NCBI GenBank assembly: GCA_010909165.1
Contig: MU008160.1
Span: 682,001 to 746,000 of the forward strand
Origin: Anthoceros angustus
Taxonomy: Eukaryota > Plantae > Anthocerotophyta
Length of the DNA stretch: 64,000 nt
Reading direction: 5' to 3'
Shown: positions 14,207-24,495 of the stretch, piece after piece
Layout: every line of letters starts with the position of its first letter
How positions within the stretch are numbered: position 1 is the stretch's first letter
Position numbers and translations under genes: made by a program
Notes under the pieces: model-generated
The model's input: only the letters and a program-made list of their open reading frames with translations
Database searches by the model: none
Told to the model about the DNA's origin: nothing

Positions 14207-15533
14207 CAGGACTCGCCGTGTTTCTTCCGGCCGTGATGAGGCCCCCACAAAGTCCGTAGTGGGGCCGGCATTTCTCGATCCGCCAGGACCTCCATACCAT
14301 GATCCGGAGTAAGTCGGTGGGTTCTCGGACCTAATCGGGACCCTCGGGTCACAGTGGTGGTCAGTCTCACCCTCTTTGGCCCTCTTGGCCTCTAACTCCT
14401 TTGTGCCCTCTTTCTCACAGGGCTCGGAGGAGGTGAGGGGTCAGGAGCAAGCTCTTTTGCCCCTTCACAGCCGGGGCAGGCCGGCTCGAGGTGGGGGCTG
14501 CGCGGTGACCTCCTGCTCCTTGGGCCACGTCCCTTCTGCCCTCCTTACGCCTCTTGACCTCTTGCCACTCAGGTAGGCGGGGGTAAGTCTGGCACCTCCC
14601 AGGTCTTTGCGTTGGTAAGCGGCACCGTCTTCCGCCTCTTGACTCCCGGGTTCGTCGGGGCTCGGCGGCCGTCGTGGTTGTTGGCTGTTGTGCAGCCGGT
14701 GCGGGCGCCCTCATCGGCTCCCTCACTGTGCTTGCTCGGAGGGCACCAAAGGAGGAAGGGAATCGCCTCCCAAACTTCCACAGGTGGTGAGGGGTTCGCT
14801 CAGGCGTATGGAGTCAGGAATCCTCGATCGTCCTCCTCCAGTCCGCTTGGTCTTGAAGGGCGACCCCCACCTCAGGCGCCCTTGCTCTGCCAGGCCTCCG
14901 GCCCCGCCGGGCGCCGCTCAAGCTCTCCCTCCTTGAGAGCTCGAAATGTCCCCATACATGAATCGGGTATGGGGTCGATAAGCGAGGCTTCTCGCTCCTT
15001 AGCTTGCGTGCCTCTGGAACGCGAAGATAATCCTTCCCGTCCGCTCTCTTCCCATTGGGCGCATGCGAGGCCAGCAGGTTATCACCAAGGTGATCCACCT
15101 TGGTGGCGAGTTCAATGGACAATGATCCGGGCTACCGCCCTTACTCGGTATCCGGCGGATCGGATATCAACCATCCGTTGGTTGTCATTGCGTTCGAGCC
15201 TCGGCATCGCCCGGCGCTGGCCCTATCTTCCCGCCTTAAGGGGCTCGGCACCGCCCCTTCTTCCTCCCGGCGGTTGTAGGCCATCCTCGGGACCTCAAGG
15301 TCCATCGCCTCAGTCCTCCGGAGGTTCTTGGATCGGACCTCCTTGTTGATCGCCCCGGCATCTTCGGGCAAACTCCGGACTAGAGTAGCGTTGTCAAAGG
15401 TCGAGACCATTTGGAACACGTCCGGATGCCACTCTGCACCAATTCCCTGCTTCCTCCGGCGGGGCCGAAGTCCGGATAGCGCGGGTCACAATGCGCTCCA
15501 CGGTCCATGGCTTCCTCGGCTTTTGGGTGCCAT
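10670..15533 (-). pseudogene. Gypsy-1 extra ORF1 upstream of gag (partly duplicated), frameshifted
   Basis: ATG at 15533; TKVDHLGDNLL and IHVWGH motifs shared with ORF 31330..31716; charged, coiled-coil-like C-terminal fragments. Confidence 0.7.
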
Positions 15534-16900
15534 TGCTTTCTCCTCCTCTTGTTCTTGTAGCTGCTGGCGGTCGCACGATGTTCCTCCGCCGCGCGTTGTT
15601 GCTCCAACCAGTGCGCTCTAAGGCGGGCGCCCAAAAGCCGAGCGGATTGCGGGCGCAAGGGCTATGAGGATGCGGAGGCTGCGTGACACCTCCCTCCTTG
15701 GCTTGTGGAAATAGCTGCGGAAGGCGCCTCTTCGTTGTCCGTGCGAGTGCATGGCTTACTCGACCCTACGCTTACTGCGGCCTTACGCGCGCGCGCGGCG
15801 TGAATACCCTGCGGCCTCAGCATTACGGTCTGACCTCGCATGCCCGACCTCCACTCGGGGCCGTCCACGTGGCGCCGCCTCGTCATCCTCACGCCTCCGC
15901 TCCTAGGTTACTTTCCGGCGTACTTATCCTGACAGAGGTGGGTTCGGACTTATCCCGTTACTCCGGGCGTAGTCCGGAGCTTGCCATAGTGTGCAGGGGT
16001 CCGTTGTTCACTCAGTCCGGAGTATACTCGAGCCTCGTCCGGCGCTACCCCAATTTATTCTCCTTTTCCCTTATTTATCCTTCAATCCTAAAAAGCGAAA
16101 CCCTACTTTTCTGCTCCCGAAGTGCACCCAAGCCTGGTGGCAGGGACTGTGTGTTTCTTCCACGGCCGCGGTGATGAGGCCCACAAAGTCCGTGGTGGGG
16201 CAGGCATTTCTCAGATCCCATAAGGACCTCCATACCCATGATCCGGAGTAAGTCCGGGTTTGGGTTCTCGGACCTAATCGGGACCCTCGGGGTCACAGTG
16301 AGTGAGTCAGTCTCACCCTCTTTGGCCCTCTTGGCCTCCTAACTCCTTTGTGCCCTCTTTCTCCTGGGGCTCGGAGGAGGTGAGGGGGTCAGGGAACAAG
16401 CTCTTTTGCCCTTCACAGCCGGGGCAGACGGGACCGGCTCGGGATAAATTTGCTGCGATGACCTCCTGCTCCTTGGCAGCTTGTGGAAATGGCTGGCAGG
16501 CGGGAGGCGCTCTTCGTTGTCGTGGCGCGAGTGCATGGCTTACTCGACCCTCACGCTTTACTCGCGCCTTACGCGCCCGCGCGGCCAGCGGCGTGAATAC
16601 TGCCTGCGGCCACGGCAGGATGCAGGTCTGGCCTCGCATGCCCGACCTCCACGGGGGCCGTCACGTGGCGCCGCCTCGTCATCCTCACGCCTCCTCCTAG
16701 GTTACTTTCCTGGCGTGCCTTCCTATTTTGACTGGGGTGGGTTCGGACTTATCCCGTTACTCCGGTAGTCCGGAGCTTGCCATAGTGGTGGGGTCCGTTG
16801 TTCACTCAGTCGGAGTATACTCGGAGCCTCGTCCGGCTACCCCAATTTATTCCTCCTTTCCTTATTTATCCTTCAATCCTAAAAAGCGAAACCCTACTTA
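14160..16900. repeat. Tandem duplication (14160-16108 / 16108-16900); second copy has a ~1.2 kb internal deletion
   Basis: 14207-14523 matches 16141-16476; 15694-16108 matches 16469-16898. Confidence 0.8.
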
Positions 16901-16914
16901 TTTCCCTAACTCCC

Positions 16915-17790
16915 GGCATAGCCACAGGCCTTGTCGAAGCTCCCAATGAAGTCGGGGGACCAAGGGACCCCAAGAATCCCAGACCAAGGAGCAATCTCCC
17001 AGGAAGCTGCAGTAGGCCACGATCCCAGCGGAGACCAAGCAGCAGCACTTGGACATCTTGACCTTCAAGCCCTGTAGCTCGGAAGAGAATATCTCAAAGG
17101 CCTCCTTGACTTTGTCCCGGGCAGGGATGTGAATCGTGCGCCGGGGAAGACGGTCGGCGGAGGCGGCCCTAGGCGAGGCCCGATGGTGAGCAATAGCGAA
17201 GGCAGCACGCCTAGCGGGTCGCCTTGCACAGTACACTGGTGGATTCAAGGCGGAGGCAGGAAACACGAAGGAGCGTTCTTGTCTTTGGTAGTAGAGGTTG
17301 GAGGACCTCCCGGTAGAAGCAACGGACAAAGGGTATAAGACTCCCTAGGGCGCCCTTGACATCCTAAGCTCCTCAAAGATGGCCTTTCTGGAAATGGTAT
17401 TGGGCGTTCTCGACATCCACGTGTAAGACTACCAATCCGGGTGGGTATCAAGGCAAGCTTTCACCCCTAGCACCACAGACTACTTGGCCCCAGGTGCAAT
17501 GCCAAATTGAAGGGGTTGAAGTGTCTTTGGAGAAGGGAGGCGGCAACTGCCGGGCGATAGTCTTGTGAGCCGCGCATGAGGCCTCCCCAACCCGCAGTGG
17601 GCGCCACGCCCGAGCAGGCAGGCTTGTCCATAGCGACAAGCCTACTAAACTACGGTGAAATCCGGTGAGGCATCTCTCACTGACCGGAGAAAGAGCTGCA
17701 GAAAGCCGCTAGATGGATCTTGGAGAGAAAGAGGTCCCTAAGGTGTTCGAACACCATTCAGGCAAACCGGCGGATGAAGGCAGAGCTTAA
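16915..17790 (-). mobile_element. Non-LTR retrotransposon reverse transcriptase fragment, CRE-like clade
   Basis: Manual minus-strand translation across frameshifts: RPLRVGEA; HPDW..LHVDVENA.NTISRKAIFEELR; VQGDPLG; FAIAHHRA; GLKVKMSKC. Confidence 0.75.
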
Positions 17791-18126
17791 ATTTACAACA
17801 GCGATTGATGACATGGCTCCCTTGTTGTAGATTCGTTGTAAAATATTTTTCTCAAAATGTGTTCTTTATTTTTAAACTCTTTATTATTGTTATTAATCAC
17901 AAAAATATGATAGGAGGCCATTTACAATAGCAATTGATGGCGTGATTTTGCTCACGGAGGAGAAGAAGAAGAAGAATTCTATTTAAGTCCACTAAGGAGA
18001 TTTGTCATGGGACTTGGTATAACAACTTGTACCATGGTGTGCCTAAGCTACTTGAGGAGGTTGAGAATCTAGCTAAAGCTTTGGGGTAGACATTTTGGTG
18101 GAAGGTGTGCTCTAGACCCGACTTTT

Positions 18127-18280
18127 CTTTACCATTTTCATGGGGCTTGTGTGTCAAGTTCTTTACCATTTTGGTGGGGCTGCTTGTGGTGCATCAAGTT
18201 GTTTACCATTTTGGTGGGGCTGCTTGTGGTGTGTCAAGTTCTTTACCATTTTGGTGGGGCTGCTTGTGGTGTGTCAAGTC
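18127..18280. repeat. 40-bp tandem repeat (3 near-perfect copies plus 1 degenerate)
   Basis: ctttaccattttggtggggctgcttgtggtgtgtcaagtt at 18161, 18201, 18241. Confidence 0.9.
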
Positions 18281-18894
18281 TGGTGTCATGTAAGCTAATC
18301 TCGCTTTGGCTCTATTGGATTTTTGACTTGCATCTTATATTCCTCTTCACATGCATGTTGTTGTTGACCCTGCACATATGATGGCCTTCAAATCCAGGAG
18401 AATATCTAGTAGGAGGATCATCACAACCTTCAAGTGCAAGCGCATTCTACAATGCACCGCCTTGTAAAGATCGCGCGAACTTACAAGGCGTCGGCGGATT
18501 ATGTTACAATATATATTGCCTTCATTTATCCTAATTTTAAGATATTATGTATGCATTATTTTATGTAAATCTGGTCCCTAATTAGGGGCCAAATTTAGTT
18601 AAAATAATATGTATATATATATACTGCCCAAAAATTAGGATTTAAATGGAATGGATATAATATAATTATACTATTAAATTCATAGATTTATAATTTTAAT
18701 TAGATACATATTTAATTAATTCAATAATTATTTTATCAATATTATCATATATTGTATAAAGAGTCGTATTGTATGATATACGTGTATAATTTGATCTTAT
18801 ATATGATACCATATAGTATACCTTATATGTACCGTATGTATGAAAAGAGATGTATACTATTTTTGTAGAATATGTATATATTTTAATGTATAAA

Positions 18895-19510
18895 CAACGT
18901 TGTAAATCATTGAGACGTGAATTTCGAAGTTGTAATCTACCTTGTAGATTGTGTTGTAAAACGAGCGATTCGCGAATTTTTGAGGTTGTAAATGAGGTTG
19001 TAAATGACGTTGTAAACGAGCTTGTAAACCACGTTGTAAACCACGTTGTAAACCACGTTGCAAACGACGTTGTAAACCACGTTGCAAACGACGTTGTAAA
19101 CCACGTTGTAAATGACGTTGTAAATAACGTTGTAAAGTAAGGGTGTATTAAGGTTGTAAATGAGGTTGTAACGTATATTGTAAAATACATTGTAAATAGA
19201 CCCACTTTACAACCTAGTTAAGCTGTCAGATTACAACCTCCTATTAACAACCTACTTTACAACCTAGATTACAAGGCAACCATGTTTAAATGGCGTTGTC
19301 ATTTAGGTTGTAAGCAGCGAACGTTGTAAATGGCGTTGTAAACCGCTGCGGACACCTTACCCGTCCGGTTAGGTGGCGTGGCGGCCACGTCGCTTCTGGC
19401 GTCTTGCGCCACGTCGCATTTTACAACCTAGTTAAATCGGTTTACAAATGTGTAAATGCCCGTTTTTACAACGTGAGGTTGTAAATTACGTTGTAAAATG
19501 CGTTGTAAAA
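18895..19510. repeat. 12-bp subterminal repeat array (gttgtaaaccac / gttgtaaatgac) with inverted copies
   Basis: Tandem 12-mers 18985-19140, then ttacaacc copies in opposite orientation. Confidence 0.9.
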
Positions 19511-20742
19511 CACCTGCGATTTTTGTAGTGAACTGTAGCGATCTTCAAATAAACACCCAGTCTGATTCAAGCAACTTGCTGAATTTGCAGATGTGTGAAA
19601 AGCGATCCCAGCCATCTGGAATGTTGGCAGCAACTAACAAGATGCGAGGAAAGACGACAAGATGTGGGACAAGTATGTGTGTCTTTATTATCAACAAGAT
19701 AATCTATCAGACAACGGTGACATTTGCAAATCCAAATTCTACTGGCCACCAGGCCCTACATATATAGCTTCTGGCTGCTCTTTATCTCATTTTCTTTATC
19801 TTGATATCAGCCTACTAGATAATATGTATAGTCTCTTGAATATCTATTCTATAAATATTCATTGTCCCTTTTATATTAACCCTAATATTCTAAGACTAAT
19901 ATCTATGGACAAATCCTTATGTCCATGCTCATCCACATGCCACATGCCATACATCCATACACATGCACATACATCCATCCACATGCACATACATACCTTG
20001 CAACCCTGACATCATCCATCATGTCGTCCTAGTTACACAGGCTACACCTTTATGATGTACAGAGCTTTTTGTAAGTCTATGCCATGACAACCCCTCTTTC
20101 ACCAACGAATTCTCAAACTTAACTTGTGGGAGAAACATTGCCACGACGGATTTGCATTAGTATGCGATTCACCAAGCCATACCCTGGCAAACTGATATTT
20201 TGGACTAGCCTAAAACTGCAATGCTGGCATTCCTAACCTATGCTTGAATCAGACCTCGATACGAAACGACAGCGAGAATCTCCTTCCAATTTGCATTCCC
20301 CACAAATTGAGGAGGTACTACTAAATGGATGGCAGAGTAGTGGAATACCTTGTTAGTTTCCTCGCCTTTGATTTATTCTGCATGTCTTCTTTTTACTAAA
20401 AATAAAAAAAATGTGACAAGATTTCTATGAATTACGCCCAAAGTAGCCCCCAGCCATTCTAAGGTTAAACATAAGTTGAATGGCCTCAACATGAACAAGC
20501 CTCAAGTACATAGAAGCATAGTGAAAGCAAGATGATCGTTCGCAGGCACGGGTGTATGCGTTCATGTGAGAATGACGAGAAGCTAGTGCGCATTTTTGAG
20601 GATTTGCTAGTAAGCCACTAGATTGATAAAAAGAAAAAAAACGTTGATAGCATATTTGCTTCAAATTTCCTTTCTTGGAAGGGGTGACCATTATGGAGTT
20701 AACGAATACGGCTACAACTCTCTAGAGCACAGGCCTGGAGTT

Positions 20743-21121
20743 AACAATTCAATTGGTTAGTGGTCAAGAAAATTACAAGAGGTTAGGAATCGTATCTACT
20801 TCTAGGTATTTTTTAACTTCTAATTAAGTTGAAAATCCCTTGGCTCATAGCTAGTGCTTCAATTAGTTAGTGGTGGAGAAAGCTTTAGTAAATTACAAGA
20901 GGTTGGGAATCTTATCTCTCAAATATGTTTTAACTGCCAATTAAGTTGGAAATCCCCTAGGCCTGTACTGATAAACAATTCAACTAGTTAGTGGTTGCAG
21001 AACTTTTACTAAAGTACAAGAGGTCAAAATAAGACCCCCACATGGAAACTTAATAAGAAGAGGTTATGAATTAGTGTCTACCTTTGGGTAATTTATAAGA
21101 CCCAATTAAGTTGGAAATCCC
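20743..21121. repeat. Three degenerate ~115-145 bp direct repeats upstream of the GDSL gene
   Basis: Shared ttcaa..gttagtggt...acaagaggt...aattaagttg(a/g)aaatccc blocks. Confidence 0.7.
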
Positions 21122-21402
21122 TCCTTTTTGCATTATAAAAAAGGTGATTGTATTTCTTGCATTAGAACTTTCTTCTTGCAGTGTCTAATACTGCATAATC
21201 AAAAGTATCAAGATAATTGTGGTGGTCTACACGCTTGGTGATGGTGAGTCGTTGATGTTGTAAGAACCTTGTATTGAGAAATGTTTGAAAACCATAAATC
21301 GCTAGTGTGTGTACACAATCAGGGCTTTTTTTCTTCTTACAATGTTTTGGTTTTCTAATCCTCAATTTCCTAACAATTTTCTTTGGATGTTTTCTTTAAG
21401 AG

Positions 21403-22784
21403 ATGGAGAGGAAAGTATTCTTCAATATGTCATCAAGTATTCGAATTATTATCCTATGTATCTCATTTATGAGCATTGTAACCACGCATGCATCTTCTCA
21501 TAGATACAATGGTTCTTTGTACATTTTTGGAGATTCCTTGGCAGATATAGGCAACAATAATCATTTGCAATTAAAAACAGATGCAAAAGCAAATTACTAT
21601 CCCTACGGAAAAGAGTTTGACTCAAGAAACAGGAGATTTAATGCTTGATGCATTTGGATTATTTTGCTAGTCATCTTGGTTACCATAAGTTTCCCCAACC
21701 TTTTTTGTCTCATGCACCAAAAGTCTGAAGCAACGGAAGCGAGTTTTGCTTCTGGTAAAGCTGGATTGTTAAAGGGTACAGGAAAACAATATGGACATGT
21801 TTTATCTTTTCATCGTCAAGTCGAATTGTTTCAAGAAAAGGCGGTGCCAGCTCTTGTTAAACAACTTGCGCAAGAGGGTGGTAATGTAAGACATGATGTT
21901 GCAAGACATCTAGCACATTCATTATTTTATATTGATGTAGGTACCGATGACTTTCATCAGAGAATTCTTGCTAGGCAGGCGCATTTTCGATAAAGGATTT
22001 CTTATCCAGGAGGATGAGAAATATCCACAAGTTGTATAAACAAGGAGCACGAAAGTTTATCATAGCTGATATTGGATCCTTGGGGTGTGCACCTTCGGTT
22101 ATTCATGCCACTAATTCATCTCAATGCAATAGAGAAGTCAATAACCATATTCATACCTACAATGAGAAGATGAATAATGAACTCCATAAAATTTTTCATC
22201 ATAGACTTACAGAAGCTCGATATGTTATTCTTCCAACTCTTCATGCGACTAATGAGATTATTCACCATCCTTCAAAGTATGGATTTCAACATTCTACAAA
22301 AGCATGTTGTGGTGATGGGAATACTCCTTGTAGAAAGGATACAAGACATTGCAAGGATTCTAAGAATTTTATATGGTGGGATCCATATCATTTAGCAGCG
22401 AATATGTTTGATATTCTGGCTACATGGTATTTCAAAGGATCGGGACCTATTACTCTTGCTGGTAGTACTAGTATACAAGGTCTATGCAACACCACTGTAC
22501 AATATAGTTGGAATATTACTATTGAAGGTGGAAGTAGTTCAAGTAGTTCAAGTAGTCCAAGTAGTCCAAGTAGCAGTCCAAACAACCCAGCACCGGCGTA
22601 TGAGCCTAGCACCCCATATGATGATCCCGTGCCAAGTGATGATTATCCTGTTGCATCTGAGCCATATCAATGTGATAGTCCTTCGTCTGATGACTACTAT
22701 CCAAGTCCGAGTGGTTCACCTTCTCCTTCAAGTGGTTGCAGCGATGAATTTATTGTGAATGGAGACAAAGGAATTACCGGTTGA
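21403..22784 (+). CDS. Secreted GDSL/SGNH esterase-lipase with Ser/Pro-rich C-terminal tail; intronless, several frameshifts (artefact or pseudogene)
   Basis: Hydrophobic N-terminus, FGDSLADIGNNN, YPYG, SFASGKAG, GTDD, LYKQGARKF, LGCAP, ACCG, FIWWDPYH (DxxH) across ORFs 21403, 21664, 22014. Confidence 0.85.
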
Positions 22785-22981
22785 CACGTGTACGTTCATT
22801 AATAAGTGGTTAGAATAGAAGGTAGCTACGTTAGAGTAAAAGGTCGATTAAGGCAGGGGATTATAAACATGAGTAGACGTCTGCTTAAAGTTTTTATTAA
22901 AACTATTGCTTGTGAACTTTTACCGAGATAGTTCATAGTGCAGTCTTATTTTGATGAATTGACTTGTGTTTGGATTTGAGT

Positions 22982-23010
22982 TATATATATATACACACAC
23001 ACACACACAC
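22982..23010. repeat. (TA)n(AC)n compound microsatellite
   Basis: Directly visible. Confidence 0.9.
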
Positions 23011-23433
23011 TTACTTTTCTACATGCCAGAGAAGCTAAAACATCTTGGGCTTGGGCTTCACTAAGCTAAATAACATATTTGACAAAGTGTGAGAAAATAT
23101 AAAGAAATGTTGCAAGTATACACATCTAGATAATTCGATTGTTCTGTAGCATAGCTTTTTGCCTTTCAGGTTTAGTGACTAGAATCACTTAACCTTAGAA
23201 TGGCGAAGTGTTTGAATTCGAGAATTCAGCCCTACCTTTGGGGTTGTGGACAAATTATAGTGACTGATTCATTGGCAAAAGATGCTCTATCTAGTCATGT
23301 GTACGCCAAAAAAATTAGAAAAGTGCAAGTGCAATGGATATCATCCAATTGTCGGCATTTAACCATTGTGGCCAGGCAAGGCAAGATGCTGATTCCAGCA
23401 ATGCTATGGTCTTCTCCAGCGCTGCTTTGCTAG

Positions 23434-24495
23434 CTATGGTCTGTCTTGGATAGTTGGAGGCCAGCGCCAGTGGTCAGAGTCCCAAGGACGTGTGGGAGGA
23501 TTCTGACACTTTGAAGTTTTTGCAAATGGGTCAGCTAGACTCCTCCTTGAGATCAGCCGAACAGGAGCGGATAAGGCAGCGTGCCTCCTCATACCAATGG
23601 CAGGATGGCTACCTTCTACGAAGGCTGCATAATGGGCTGGAGCGCCTAGTTCCACCACGGGCGGACCGGGTGGAGCTGATCCGCTGAGTACACAACGACA
23701 TGGGACACTTTGGTGTCAAGCACACTTACAGCCTGTTGGTTCCTCACTTCTATTGGCATGGCATGCATGCTCAGGTCAAGCAACAGGTGGCTTGCTGTGA
23801 GGAATGTGACCGGGTCAAGACCTCATTCACTATCCAACATCCGCAGCTCCACCCACTCCCGATCATGGGACTATTTTTCAGGTGGCCCTATGACTTGATA
23901 GGAGGGCTGCCACAGACGCCAAGAAGAAATGTTTATATTCTCGTTATGATTGAACATTTCTCCGAGTGGGTTGAGGTAGTGGCGTCACCAGACAAGACTT
24001 CATGCAGCACGGCCCAAGCCTTCTTGCAGAACGTCTTTAGTAGATTTGGAAGTTGCGCCGAGTGTCTCACCGACCAAGGCTCCGAATTTCAGGGAGAGTT
24101 CCAAGATCTTTTGGATGGAGCCCTCATTAATCACCATCGGACCAGCCGGGATCACCCCCAAGCTGCCGGGTTGGCAAAGCGGATGGTTCAAACCATCAAG
24201 AAGGGTTGAAGGAAACTCTGCCTGCAGTTGCCCAAGACCAAGCGGGACTTGTCACTTCCGTATATTGCCATGGGATACCGTATGAGCAAGCATGTAGCGT
24301 TGGCTCATTTCAGCCCCTACTTTCTGTTGTTTGGTAGGGAGCCACTGCCCCCTAGTTCCATTGCCAAACACATGTACGAGGTGGTGGACTTGGATGACCC
24401 AGTAGTGTGGGCTCGAGTTATTGGACAGCGGGCTGCTCTCTTTCGCCAAGCAATGCCTATGGCCATGGCCAATTTGTGCATTGCTCAGCACCAAG
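23434..24495 (+). mobile_element. Ty3/Gypsy integrase fragment (different family from Gypsy-1/2)
   Basis: H..MGHFG...CEEC zinc-binding motif, LHPLPIMGLFFRW, TDQGSEF, HPQAAG.AKRMVQT, FSPYFLLFGR; in-frame stops. Confidence 0.85.

Larger units (their letters stand above)
4295..16910 (-). mobile_element. Ty3/Gypsy non-chromovirus element (Gypsy-1) with extra 5' ORF; 3'-truncated in integrase; contains internal duplications
   Basis: Order from right: leader, ORF1, gag (SIFGGKKERDAETFVEDF), protease (DVPLDTG), RT (EWVATIVVVPKK..IRVCQDWRKLNA; ILDDF), RNase H (FVFYVDH), integrase (SLVSDRGTHFLN); colinear with the plus-strand copy at 30215-45997. Confidence 0.9.
17790..19530. mobile_element. CACTA/EnSpm element terminal portion
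   Basis: Ends in ...ttttgtagtg at 19530 (reverse complement CACTACAAAAA), preceded by dense direct and inverted subterminal ttgtaaa/ttacaac repeats; left boundary uncertain. Confidence 0.7.

Noticed and set aside
18127-18280. Possible CRISPR-like array (also 54009-54083)
   Set aside because: Head-to-tail repeats with no unique spacers, no cas genes, eukaryotic context
18696-19205. ORFs with FTTW / VVNH / LQRG repeats
   Set aside because: Translations of the 12-bp CACTA subterminal array
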